DNA of 64,000 nt. Origin: an uncultured Pseudomonadales bacterium. GTDB lineage: Bacteria > Patescibacteriota > Microgenomatia > UBA1400 > RBG-16-45-19. Below, piece by piece: positions 1 through 9,372 of this stretch. Numbering within the stretch: the first letter of the stretch is position 1; each line of letters opens with the position of its first letter. Location: the NCBI GenBank assembly GCA_964441155.1, contig CAYYKL010000004.1, positions 5,103 through 69,102 on the forward strand. The letters run 5' to 3'. A program made the translations under genes and the position numbers. The notes beneath the pieces are model-generated. The model did not search any database and had not been told where the DNA came from. It worked only from the letters and a program-made list of their open reading frames with translations.

Positions 1-270
1 ATCGACCGTCGACCGTCGGACGAGTTGCTAACTTCCGAGCGCCATCGCCATCGTTATGAATTCAATGATGCTTTTGCTAAAGAGTTGGAGTCAGCCGGTT
101 TAGTCATCTCAGCCCGATCAGTCAAGGAAAACTTGGTTGAACTCATCGAGCTGCCAAAAGACGTGCATCCATTTTTTGTGGGCACCCAAGGACATCCCGA
201 ATATAAATCTAGACCCCTTAAACCCCACGCGTTGTTTGTAGAATTTCTCCACGCTTCATTAATAAAGTAA
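1..270 (+). CDS. pyrG: CTP synthase, C-terminal (glutamine amidotransferase) fragment; the gene begins upstream of the window
   Basis: Translation ...[10 protein letters not shown]...[27 protein letters not shown] matches the conserved C-terminus of CTP synthase. The ORF runs off the window start. Confidence 0.8.
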   Translation: MDRRPSDELLTSERHRHRYEFNDAFAKELESAGLVISARSVKENLVELIELPKDVHPFFVGTQGHPEYKSRPLKPHALFVEFLHASLIK

Positions 271-362
271 GCTTCTCTTCTTTCACTCTTGTTTTTCAAT
301 GACTTGATAAGTCCTATAGTATATATTACAATTCGCTGCTGTGAATTTTCCAGTCTTAAAAT

Positions 363-1763
363 ATGAAAAATGAATTAAATCAAGAACAATCGATTATAGC
401 TCATATCAATGCCCTAAGGCGGAGAACGCTTAGAACATTTTCAAGCTATGGCCTGCTGAGTCTTGTGCTGCTATCTTTTTTGGGTACCCCTGATAATGCA
501 CAAGGCGGCATGACTCCAATTAATCATGATTTGCATTCAGTTATCTATGATCCAGAGGCAATTCATACAGACCAAAAAGAAAATTTTTCTGCTTCAGGAA
601 ACGTGCATGCTTTTGCATCGAAAGAAGCAGATTCTCTCTTCCAAGTACGGGGAAATACTGGAATTGAAATTACAGAGGAAGACTATAAAGACAATAAACC
701 TCCTCAAGTAGCTAGAGAATCCCTATCTCGAGCACAAGAACAATATTCTAGAATTGCCTCAATATACGCTAGTGAAGTAAGAGTGCTATATCCAACTTCA
801 TTCCAAGAACTGATGGACCGCAGCGGCCAAACCAAAAGTCCTATTAATCCATTTATTAATGTCAGACTTAGGAATGAACGTTCCGAAGATGATGCGAGAA
901 TTTTTACGAAAACTGCAACTCTTCTTCTTGGATCAAATACAACGAGAGTTGTTAGATCGGTTTCAGAAACAGGAACAGCGAGTCATGTTTTTGCATATGT
1001 AGACCCATCAAAAGAAGTGATAGGCTTTGGATTAAATTTCACAAGTTTTAGAGGCGATCTCGGAGCAAAACGGAAAACTGCCATACATGAAGTAATTCAT
1101 TTAATTGATTTATCTGCAGGGAATTACGATTTAGAAACCAGAATTCGCATGGAAACACTCAAAGCGGAGGCGTTTGCACTCTATGATCCATTTTACATAT
1201 TTGACACTAAGTATTGGGGAGACATCGATAGCTACTACGCACAGGATGGCGATGGAAATTTTGTCAATCCATTATATAAATTTGGTTTTGCAGTTATTAA
1301 TTCTTTTGAGCGAAATCCTGATTTAACATTCTTTGATAATTCGGAAATTCAGACAGAATTTATTAATAAAATGCTTGAATGGCAATCGAATGGTTGGAGT
1401 CACCAAGATATATTGCGTATTGGTCGGCTGACAGTTGAGAATCGAATGCTAAATCCAAGATTTCTTTTTCCTGATAGCAACTTGGAAAGTTGGTATACCT
1501 TTTTCTCTTCCTGGATGTTGATGGAGTCTTGGCCAGCATTAGTTGACGAATGCTTATCAGGAAATGGCTCTGCCATCAATCAAGATAAAGAGCTTAAGGA
1601 GTTAATGCGTCAGTATCTAGAGCTTGCTTCAGGGAGAAATATTGATAATATTGACGAATTAATTTACAGCTTGAGATGGGAAGGCGGTTTGTGGGAAACG
1701 GATGATCCGATAAATATTAGGTATCCTGCTCCTCCTTTAAATTTTGAGGCTATGTATCAATAA
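363..1763 (+). CDS. Hypothetical secreted or membrane-anchored protein with an HExxH motif (possible zinc metallopeptidase)
   Basis: 466-aa ORF with an N-terminal hydrophobic segment (LLSLVLLSFLG). A single HEVIH (HExxH) motif lies in ...KTAIHEVIHLIDLS.... I recognise no other family signature. Confidence 0.35.
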   Translation: MKNELNQEQSIIAHINALRRRTLRTFSSYGLLSLVLLSFLGTPDNAQGGMTPINHDLHSVIYDPEAIHTDQKENFSASGNVHAFASKEADSLFQVRGNTGIEITEEDYKDNKPPQVARESLSRAQEQYSRIASIYASEVRVLYPTSFQELMDRSGQTKSPINPFINVRLRNERSEDDARIFTKTATLLLGSNTTRVVRSVSETGTASHVFAYVDPSKEVIGFGLNFTSFRGDLGAKRKTAIHEVIHLIDLSAGNYDLETRIRMETLKAEAFALYDPFYIFDTKYWGDIDSYYAQDGDGNFVNPLYKFGFAVINSFERNPDLTFFDNSEIQTEFINKMLEWQSNGWSHQDILRIGRLTVENRMLNPRFLFPDSNLESWYTFFSSWMLMESWPALVDECLSGNGSAINQDKELKELMRQYLELASGRNIDNIDELIYSLRWEGGLWETDDPINIRYPAPPLNFEAMYQ

Positions 1764-1887
1764 ATGCTGAATTAAGAAATAAATCTATCTCCCACTTCAT
1801 CCCGGCTGCTTGCGCTTGGGGGCGAGTCTTGTTAGAATACGTCTTTGCGTGAAAATAAGCGAACAATAATTTAATACAAAAAAAGCT

Positions 1888-2262
1888 ATGTCCCTACAAT
1901 TCACACACAACGATAAAAAATTCCATATTGGCGATATGCTTAAAGTGCACCAGACCATCGTGGAAGACAAAAAAACCAGAACCCAGATTTTCGAAGGCTT
2001 ACTTATTGCCATTAGCGGACGTCAAGAAAACCAATCGTTCACCGTGAGAAAAATCGCAACCGGCAGCATTGGTGTCGAGCGTATTTTCCCCGTCAACTCA
2101 CCCTTTATTGAAAAAGTCGAAGTCAAGTCGCAAGGAAAAGTCCATCGCTCCAAGCTTTACTACTTACGTGATCGAATTGGGCGCAAAGCTCTTCGTGTTG
2201 GTGTCTACAAATCGGCTAAAAGCCTGGCTAAACACAATGCTGCCAAAACCACTGCAGCCTAA
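1888..2262 (+). CDS. rplS: 50S ribosomal protein L19
   Basis: The translation contains FEGLLIAI..., FTVRKI..GVERIFPVNSP and SKLYYLRDRIGRKA, the conserved L19 blocks. 124 aa. Confidence 0.9.
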   Translation: MSLQFTHNDKKFHIGDMLKVHQTIVEDKKTRTQIFEGLLIAISGRQENQSFTVRKIATGSIGVERIFPVNSPFIEKVEVKSQGKVHRSKLYYLRDRIGRKALRVGVYKSAKSLAKHNAAKTTAA

Positions 2263-2485
2263 ACAAGACAGTGCTTTCACCTCATGTTTTATATTTCGCA
2301 ATTTTTTATACGAATTCCATTCTCTGTAATACTCTTCGAATGAAACGACCTGCCGGCAGGCAGGCAGGGACGTACCTTAGCTGTTAGTTCTCGCTTAGCT
2401 CGAACAATATTTCTACCCACCAAATGATGTGTGCATGAACAGGTGCGAAACTCGCGGGGGGTTTATAGAAAATTTTTGCGCGCGC

Positions 2486-3289
2486 TTAAAGACTGCTCTG
2501 GCGTGCATCAATTGAAAGTGTAACTCGATTTGTTTCGTTGTAACCACCACTCATGTGTGTCCAGCGAATTTTAATGAGTTCCACAAACATGCGCCAAGAA
2601 TCCCGTAGGGGGTTGACCCGATTTGAGTACACATGTTGCCAAAACACGGGCACTTCTTTAACTCGATAATTTTCTTTTGCTGCTAGAAACAATAGCTCGA
2701 CATCGATGGCTCCTGTATACGCTTTCGTTTCTTTTTTCGACTGACCACAGACAACCAAGTTTGAAAATAATTGCACTGCGACTTTGTCTCTAAAAAGCTT
2801 AAAGCCACATTGCGTGTCGCTTATGCCATTGTAAATCAAGTGATGCACCAACATCCGAAAACCCCAACCCATAAACCGTCTATAGATTGGGTCATTATGG
2901 CGCTTTGCCTTGCCAAGTGTTCTTGAACCAATCACAATATCGTAGCCTTTTTGGGTATAACCCATAAGCTTATTAAGCTCGGTTATCGGAGTCGCCTGAT
3001 CAAAATCGGTAAACAATCGCCACGTTCCTTTTGCACTGAGCATGCCAGCAATTAATGCTTGGCCTTTGCCCGCATGGGGAATGGTTTTGACACGCACCTC
3101 TTTCTTGTCTCGAGCAAAGGCAGTTAGCAATCGCTTGGTTTTATCCGTAGAGCCGTCATTTACCAAAAGCATTTCAAACGATTTTCTTTCACCTTTCAAA
3201 AAGGTGTATACCAATTCCAATGATCCAGTGTGGAAATTTTCCTCTTCGTTGTAGGCGGGGATGATGACACTTAAATGAATTTTAGACAT
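2486..3289 (-). CDS. Family-2 glycosyltransferase (dolichyl-phosphate sugar synthase-like)
   Basis: The N-terminus LSVIIPAYNEEENF...LLVNDGSTDKT is the classic GT2 DxD-region architecture. Confidence 0.8.
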   Translation of the reverse strand: MSKIHLSVIIPAYNEEENFHTGSLELVYTFLKGERKSFEMLLVNDGSTDKTKRLLTAFARDKKEVRVKTIPHAGKGQALIAGMLSAKGTWRLFTDFDQATPITELNKLMGYTQKGYDIVIGSRTLGKAKRHNDPIYRRFMGWGFRMLVHHLIYNGISDTQCGFKLFRDKVAVQLFSNLVVCGQSKKETKAYTGAIDVELLFLAAKENYRVKEVPVFWQHVYSNRVNPLRDSWRMFVELIKIRWTHMSGGYNETNRVTLSIDARQSSL

Positions 3290-3455
3290 GATGCAGTGAT
3301 GGTTATATTTATTGCTATAACTATATTTAATGGGGTGATTATAACACGCATGTATTTAAGGGTTTGTATCTTCTGAATATAGTTATTTACGGTTTTATTA
3401 TAAGATTAGTATGTGATAGAATACAGCCTCTTATATATATCTCTAGGCTTATACC

Positions 3456-5642
3456 ATGCCCTCTTCAACCCTGCTAACCGTTGTCGTTCCAGTGCGCAAC
3501 GAACGCTACACACTCGAAGCCTTCTTTTTGCGCTTACACAAAGCGCTCTCTTACGCCAAGATACCCTATCAAGTTGTTGCGGTTGATGACTCTTCTGAAG
3601 ATGGCTCGAGCCAAAAACTCTCCAGCCTGGCTAAAGATTATCCCATCACAATCTTGCCAAAAAGCGGTCCCTTAGGAAAAGGCTACTCGTTGCATGAAGG
3701 TTTAAAAACGGTCACTACACCGTTTGCTTGCTATATCGATGCAGACAACGCCTACCCGCCAGAAATGATTCCGGAAATGCTGGTCAAGCTGAATACTGCT
3801 GATATTGTGGTCGCCCAGCGCAATTATTCCAAAAAGGGTAGATGGTTAAAAAAATCTTTAGCCAAATTTTTCAGACGAGTATTTGGACAAGCATTGTTTG
3901 GACTCGACTTCGATGTGCAAGCAGGATTGAAAGTATTTCGCACCGATGCCTTCGCGTCACTTGATCTACACCCCTCAACCTGGAGTTTCGATATAGAATT
4001 TCTCTACAAGGCCGTTCATGCCGGATTTGTCGTTGTTGCACACGACATCAACTATGCTCAGCGCTCAAATGGCAAAGGAAAACATAATCTCTTTACTGCT
4101 GGCATTGAATTGGTTTTATTGTCACTTAAACATCGTTTGTCGCCGCTTAAACCAGTGCACGTGCAAACAAGAGGTTTGACGCGTCAAGTGGGGTGGAAAA
4201 AAATGCGCTTCGATACCCACACTGATTTGCATTATTCTCAAGCAGCCATTCAAACGTTGACTATTAAACAAATTGCGCTCTTTGTGATGGCAATTGCGAT
4301 TGTGGCACTTTTATTTGTATTTGATTGGCAAAAATCCTTGGCCGTCACGGTCTCACTAATTACCGCCTTTTACTTTCTTGATTTGCTATTCAATTTATAT
4401 CTAATCCGGGCAGCATTCAAAAAAAATCCGGCGATACAGATTACCCCCAAGCAAATTGAAGCCTATGACAAACCATGGCCTATGTATTCAATCATGTGTC
4501 CACTCTATAAAGAGTGGCAGGTAATCCCACAATTTACTCAAGCAATTCAGGCAATTGATTATCCCAAAGACAAACTCGACGTGATGCTTATTCTTGAAGA
4601 AGACGATACAGAAACTATTGCAAAAGTGAAAAGCATGAGCCTGCCTGCCTATTTTCGAACGATTATCGTGCCCGATGCACAACCAAAGACAAAACCCAAA
4701 GCGTGCAATTACGCACTCAAAAAAGCCAAGGGTGAATATGCGGTTATCTATGACGCCGAAGACGTGCCAGATCCATTGCAACTCAAAAAAAGCATCGTTG
4801 CCTTCAATCAATTACGCAAGCAAAATATTGTGTGTTTACAGGCAAAACTGAATTACTACAATCCAGAACAAAATCTTTTAACTCGTTTTTTTACGGCTGA
4901 ATACAGCTTATGGTTCGATGTCATTTTGCCGGGGATGCATAGCGTCAATGCGCCTATTCCCCTGGGAGGCACTTCAAACCACTTCAAAGTTTCGGATCTA
5001 AAACTTCTTTCTGGCTGGGATCCGTTTAATGTCACTGAAGACTGTGACTTGGGCATGCGCCTCGTTAAATATGGCTATCGCACCATGATCTTAGATAGCA
5101 CCACCTATGAAGAGGCTAATTCGGACGTAGCTAATTGGTTCCGGCAACGTTCACGCTGGATCAAAGGTTATATCCAAACGTATCTCGTGCACATGCGATC
5201 ACCTCAGGAATTTTTAAGTGACTGGCATAATCCTAACTTACTCTTTTTTCAATTAATTGTCGGTGGCAAAGTGTTGTCACTCATAATCAATCCGATCATG
5301 TGGATAACCACGATTGTGTATTTCACTCTAAGATCAACTGCTGGAGCTTTTATAGAATCTCTCTTTATTGGACCAGTTTTCTATCTAGGTTTCACCGCAC
5401 TAGTATTAGGAAACTTCATGTATCTCTACTACTACATGATTGGAAATGCCAAGCGGGAGCAATGGTCACTCATTAAATACTGCTATCTCATCCCGATTTA
5501 TTGGCTGATGATGAGCATTGCAGCCTGGAAGGCATTCTATCAAATCATGGTTAAACCTCACTATTGGGAAAAAACTACTCATGGACTCCATCTAGGATCA
5601 GGGGAGTCGATTACGTTTTCATTATCTAAAAATGCACTATGA
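3456..5642 (+). CDS. Bifunctional glycosyltransferase carrying two GT2 domains; the second is a processive synthase-like domain with a QxxRW motif
   Basis: The N-terminal domain TVVVPVRNE...VVAVDDSSEDGS is GT2. The second domain has ...YAVIYDAEDVPDP..., a TED, and QRSRWIKG (QxxRW), followed by C-terminal TM helices, as in cellulose/chitin/hyaluronan-synthase-like GT2s. 728 aa. Confidence 0.7.
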   Translation: MPSSTLLTVVVPVRNERYTLEAFFLRLHKALSYAKIPYQVVAVDDSSEDGSSQKLSSLAKDYPITILPKSGPLGKGYSLHEGLKTVTTPFACYIDADNAYPPEMIPEMLVKLNTADIVVAQRNYSKKGRWLKKSLAKFFRRVFGQALFGLDFDVQAGLKVFRTDAFASLDLHPSTWSFDIEFLYKAVHAGFVVVAHDINYAQRSNGKGKHNLFTAGIELVLLSLKHRLSPLKPVHVQTRGLTRQVGWKKMRFDTHTDLHYSQAAIQTLTIKQIALFVMAIAIVALLFVFDWQKSLAVTVSLITAFYFLDLLFNLYLIRAAFKKNPAIQITPKQIEAYDKPWPMYSIMCPLYKEWQVIPQFTQAIQAIDYPKDKLDVMLILEEDDTETIAKVKSMSLPAYFRTIIVPDAQPKTKPKACNYALKKAKGEYAVIYDAEDVPDPLQLKKSIVAFNQLRKQNIVCLQAKLNYYNPEQNLLTRFFTAEYSLWFDVILPGMHSVNAPIPLGGTSNHFKVSDLKLLSGWDPFNVTEDCDLGMRLVKYGYRTMILDSTTYEEANSDVANWFRQRSRWIKGYIQTYLVHMRSPQEFLSDWHNPNLLFFQLIVGGKVLSLIINPIMWITTIVYFTLRSTAGAFIESLFIGPVFYLGFTALVLGNFMYLYYYMIGNAKREQWSLIKYCYLIPIYWLMMSIAAWKAFYQIMVKPHYWEKTTHGLHLGSGESITFSLSKNAL

Positions 5643-8116
5643 AACACAACGAAACACTGTATAGTGCAAAACAAAACGGTTTGACTACTGTAAAAACAGT
5701 CAAGTATTTTATTGGACAAGCCATATTCTACGCGGCCAACTACGGGTATGTCGTGTTATTGAGCAACCAATTGGCAGCAACTGATTTTGGCAGACTTAGT
5801 TTGTTCACTGCGTTTTTCATGTTATTGTCGGTGCCCACGAATGCAATTCAATTATTATTAATCACCTATTTAGCCAAGTTTTCTCAAGTAAAATCCCAGT
5901 CGCGCATCGAATCTGTCTTAAGGCTTGCTCGTAAATACAGCGTTGCGATCGGGAGTCTTATTTTGGGTGCCTACCTCATTACCATTCCGGTGATGCAACA
6001 ATATTTTCACATCAACGCCTTTACACCATTCATATTGCTCGTGCCCACCATAATACTGCTATTCACCTCATCGTATTACAAAGGAATTCTTCAGGGTCAG
6101 TTCCGTTTTGATGCCATGGGTGTAGTTATGGCAACGGAGGGTATCGCCAAAATCTTGTTTGCCTTACTAGCTGCTTGGTTTACCCATTCCTATATTGTCT
6201 CTCTCGCCAGCTTAACCTTTTCAATCTTCATTTCTACAATCGTTGCATTTATATTCACCTATTCCAAGAAAAAAGTGGCGACGCCTTCTTTATTGTTAGA
6301 GAAATCACTCAAAACAGAAATGCGCCTGTTTTTGGCCCAAGCAGGATTAGTTTCAGCCGCGTTATTGGTTATGACACAAATCGATGTGATTATGGCGAAT
6401 CATATTTTGGATAGTGCCGGCATTGGAACTTGGGGGCTTTTGTCTGTGGCAGGCAAAAGCATGATTATGGGCGGTGGGATTTTATCGAGCATTTTCTTAC
6501 CCGCACTTGCTGCAAAGGCGGGCACTCGCAAAGTGAGTCCCATCTTCCGCAAAGGTTTTGCGGCAGTAAGCGCGTTTGTGCTGGGTTGCATCGGAGTTAC
6601 TTTTTTGTTTGCCACGCCTTTATCCCAAATCATTTCTGGCGGCAATCAAAGTGTGGCTCAATGGTTATTTTTCTACACCTTGGCCGCTGGCATGATTACG
6701 CTGACCGCGTATATTATTAACAGCCAAATTGTTTTAAAAGAATATTTATTTGCGCTGCCTCCGCTTGTCCTCACCTTGTTGTATGTTTATGTGCTTTCGA
6801 TATTCTCGTGGGATTTAGAGTCTAGTTTATACGCATACTTCAGCTATGCCACAGCACTTCTTACTTCAAGCTTGGTCTTTTTTATGTTGCGCTATGCAAA
6901 ACCACATCTCCTTGATGTTGCTGGCCTGTTTAAACCCTCGTATGCAATTCATGAAGTAAAAGATAATCGGCTGAAAATTCTCGTGCTCAATTGGCGCGAC
7001 ACCAAACACGTTTGGGGTGGGGGAGCCGAAGTCTATGCGCAAGAACTGGGCAAACGCTTGGTGGAAAACGGCGCTCATGTAACCCTTTTTTGTGGGAACG
7101 ATCTTCATAATTTGCGCGAAGAGACCATTGATGGCGTTAATATTATTAGGCGAGGCGGCTTCGTGACCGTTTATTTCTGGGCCATGATCTACTATGTTTT
7201 CCGCTTTAGAGGCAAATTCGATTGCATTCTCGATTGTGAAAATGGAATACCATTCTTCAGCGCACTCTATACCAATACGCCTGTAATCTTATTGATTCAT
7301 CATGTCCACCAAGAAATTTTTAGAGAACATTTATTCCCGCCATTTTCTTGGTTGGCTCAATTTTTAGAAGCCCACCTTATGCCCTACGTATATCGCAACT
7401 CAAAAATTGTGACGATTTCAGACTCAACTAAAAAAGATATTCGCCGACTTGGTTTGAAAGTTCACGACGTGCCTATCGTGCACAATGGCATTTCCCTCGA
7501 TGAATTCGTGCCTGGTGAAAAATCGCCAGAACCCTTGGTTGTGTATGTTGGCAGATTGAAAGCCTACAAGCGCCTTCCCGATCTAATTGCCTGTGCTCGA
7601 TCTCTCCAGCAACGCCTGCCCAAAGTTACGTTTGTGATTGCGGGTGACGGCGAAGAATCAAATCGACTAAAAAAGCTGGTTCGCCTCTATAATCTCGAGT
7701 CGGTGATTTCGTTTACCGGCTACATTACGCCACAAGAAAAAATTGCGTTGTATCAAAAGGCTTGGGCCGTCATGAACCCTTCGTCCATGGAAGGCTGGAG
7801 CATAACCACCATTGAAGCCAATGCCTGCGGTACACCAGTAGTGGCTGCCAATGTCCCCGGTTTGCGCGATTCGGTGAAGCACAGACAAACTGGCTTACTT
7901 ATTACCATGGGTGATATCGAAGGCTATTCTCAAGCTTTATTCTCGCTATTAACTAACTCAAGCTTACGGTCAACGATGTCTGCAAACGCAAGGGAATGGT
8001 CAGAAGAATTCACCTGGGAAAAGAGTGCGCATCAATTTTTGGAAATAATCTCGGACAACAGTCACAAACTTCACCGCGCAATTGATTCGCTCACCTTAAG
8101 CAAGTTCTCTCGCTAA
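5639..8116 (+). CDS. Fusion protein: N-terminal Wzx-like (MOP family) polysaccharide flippase and C-terminal GT4 glycosyltransferase
   Basis: About 430 aa of multi-TM sequence carries the ...DFGRLSLFTAFFMLL... polysaccharide-biosynthesis-protein signature. It is followed by ILVLNWRDTKHVWGGGAEVY...EGWSITTIEANACGTPVVAANVPGLRDSV, the GT4 EX7E region. The start overlaps the upstream gene by 4 nt (ATGA). Confidence 0.65.
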   Translation: MKHNETLYSAKQNGLTTVKTVKYFIGQAIFYAANYGYVVLLSNQLAATDFGRLSLFTAFFMLLSVPTNAIQLLLITYLAKFSQVKSQSRIESVLRLARKYSVAIGSLILGAYLITIPVMQQYFHINAFTPFILLVPTIILLFTSSYYKGILQGQFRFDAMGVVMATEGIAKILFALLAAWFTHSYIVSLASLTFSIFISTIVAFIFTYSKKKVATPSLLLEKSLKTEMRLFLAQAGLVSAALLVMTQIDVIMANHILDSAGIGTWGLLSVAGKSMIMGGGILSSIFLPALAAKAGTRKVSPIFRKGFAAVSAFVLGCIGVTFLFATPLSQIISGGNQSVAQWLFFYTLAAGMITLTAYIINSQIVLKEYLFALPPLVLTLLYVYVLSIFSWDLESSLYAYFSYATALLTSSLVFFMLRYAKPHLLDVAGLFKPSYAIHEVKDNRLKILVLNWRDTKHVWGGGAEVYAQELGKRLVENGAHVTLFCGNDLHNLREETIDGVNIIRRGGFVTVYFWAMIYYVFRFRGKFDCILDCENGIPFFSALYTNTPVILLIHHVHQEIFREHLFPPFSWLAQFLEAHLMPYVYRNSKIVTISDSTKKDIRRLGLKVHDVPIVHNGISLDEFVPGEKSPEPLVVYVGRLKAYKRLPDLIACARSLQQRLPKVTFVIAGDGEESNRLKKLVRLYNLESVISFTGYITPQEKIALYQKAWAVMNPSSMEGWSITTIEANACGTPVVAANVPGLRDSVKHRQTGLLITMGDIEGYSQALFSLLTNSSLRSTMSANAREWSEEFTWEKSAHQFLEIISDNSHKLHRAIDSLTLSKFSR

Positions 8117-8132
8117 AAAAACTGGCTCGATT

Positions 8133-9107
8133 TTAGAGGTTGTCGTACGAAAAGTTTTTGGTGGTTGGCGACATTTGCCAAAGATGCAATTTCTTGTTGT
8201 TTGGGACCATCATGCATTTTGTTAGTGTTACACTCAATAGGAGCGCATAGATGAGTGCATAAGCGGGATGAGAAACCACTGCTTTAATTGCTGAAAGTAC
8301 CAAGAGAATCTTGGGAATGTGATACCAATTCACCTGATTTTTAGCTGGGGACAATTTCTTTTTTGATTTTTTGGCGAGGAAAAATCTAGAGCTTTGACGC
8401 ATATGGTCTTCTAATGTTTGTGGAGAGGTATACCAAACCCTAGCGATTGGCGCGAAAGCAAAATCAAAGCCAAAATGCTTGGCTTTCATATACGAATAGG
8501 CGTCTTCACCGGCAATTCCCGGCCAACGAAGTTTACGATACAATTTTCTTGAAAAAGCTCGGGCTCTACCGTGACACATGTACACAGTGTCTCCGTGGTT
8601 TATTTTTTGAAACAATTCGTTTTTCCATTCATGATGCCAGTCGAGTACTTTACCAACTAATGAACTATTTTGTGACAAGGGGATTATTTTGGCACCAACC
8701 AATCCAATGTTTTCTTTCGAAATAAGTGGCAAGCAAAGTCCTTGCAAAAATGTTTTGTTCACGGGCAAAATATCTGCGTTAAGCAAAACTACAATATCAG
8801 TTCTTGCAAGAGAAAAGACTTGATTTTGCCGTTGAGAAGCCCCGATTCTCCTTCTGCCCACAATTACCTTGATGCGCGAATCATCCACGCTTTTTGCTGC
8901 GCGCACTGTCTCGTCATCACTTGCATCAGAAATGACAATGATTTTTTCAAGCGCAAAGTCTTTTAATTGCTGCTTCAGGATACATTCGAGCAAAACAGCA
9001 ATATGAGCAGATTCATTGTACGCGGGAATTCCCACCGTGATTGAAAGCTTCTTCTGAAGGGATGTTGTTTTTTTCATGCGCAGTGAATAGGTGGCTAAGA
9101 ATAGCAA
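8133..9107 (-). CDS. Family-2 glycosyltransferase
   Basis: ITVGIPAYNESAHIAVLLECILKQ...IIVISDASDDETV. It is a paralog of the ORFs at 10677 and 11627. Confidence 0.75.
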   Translation of the reverse strand: MLFLATYSLRMKKTTSLQKKLSITVGIPAYNESAHIAVLLECILKQQLKDFALEKIIVISDASDDETVRAAKSVDDSRIKVIVGRRRIGASQRQNQVFSLARTDIVVLLNADILPVNKTFLQGLCLPLISKENIGLVGAKIIPLSQNSSLVGKVLDWHHEWKNELFQKINHGDTVYMCHGRARAFSRKLYRKLRWPGIAGEDAYSYMKAKHFGFDFAFAPIARVWYTSPQTLEDHMRQSSRFFLAKKSKKKLSPAKNQVNWYHIPKILLVLSAIKAVVSHPAYALIYALLLSVTLTKCMMVPNNKKLHLWQMSPTTKNFSYDNL

Positions 9108-9372
9108 ATGTTTGCTTATAAGTGTTATATATATATTGTTATAAGCTTATATGTCAAGGAGCGCACTCCACAAATCAAGGTTTGTTCAGCTCTGTTTCAC
9201 CTATATATAAGACTTATTTTGAGCAAAATCGTTTCTAATTTCAAAGCGTATAGTAAATAATACTATTATGAATAATAGCATAACCTCTATATATATTTCT
9301 AAAGTATTTATAGCCTTGTGTATACCTATATAATGACTTATAATACGCTTTAATAACTATATATACAGGCCT

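Noticed and set aside
526-711. 61-aa internal ORF in another frame of the HExxH protein gene
   Set aside because: It is nested inside a longer ORF, with no RBS or support.
2330-2380. GC-rich palindrome CCTGCCGGCAGG(CAGGCAGGG) after rplS as an intrinsic terminator
   Set aside because: The hairpin is short and not followed by a T-run, so its function is uncertain. It may be a Rho-dependent or processing site, or it may be incidental.
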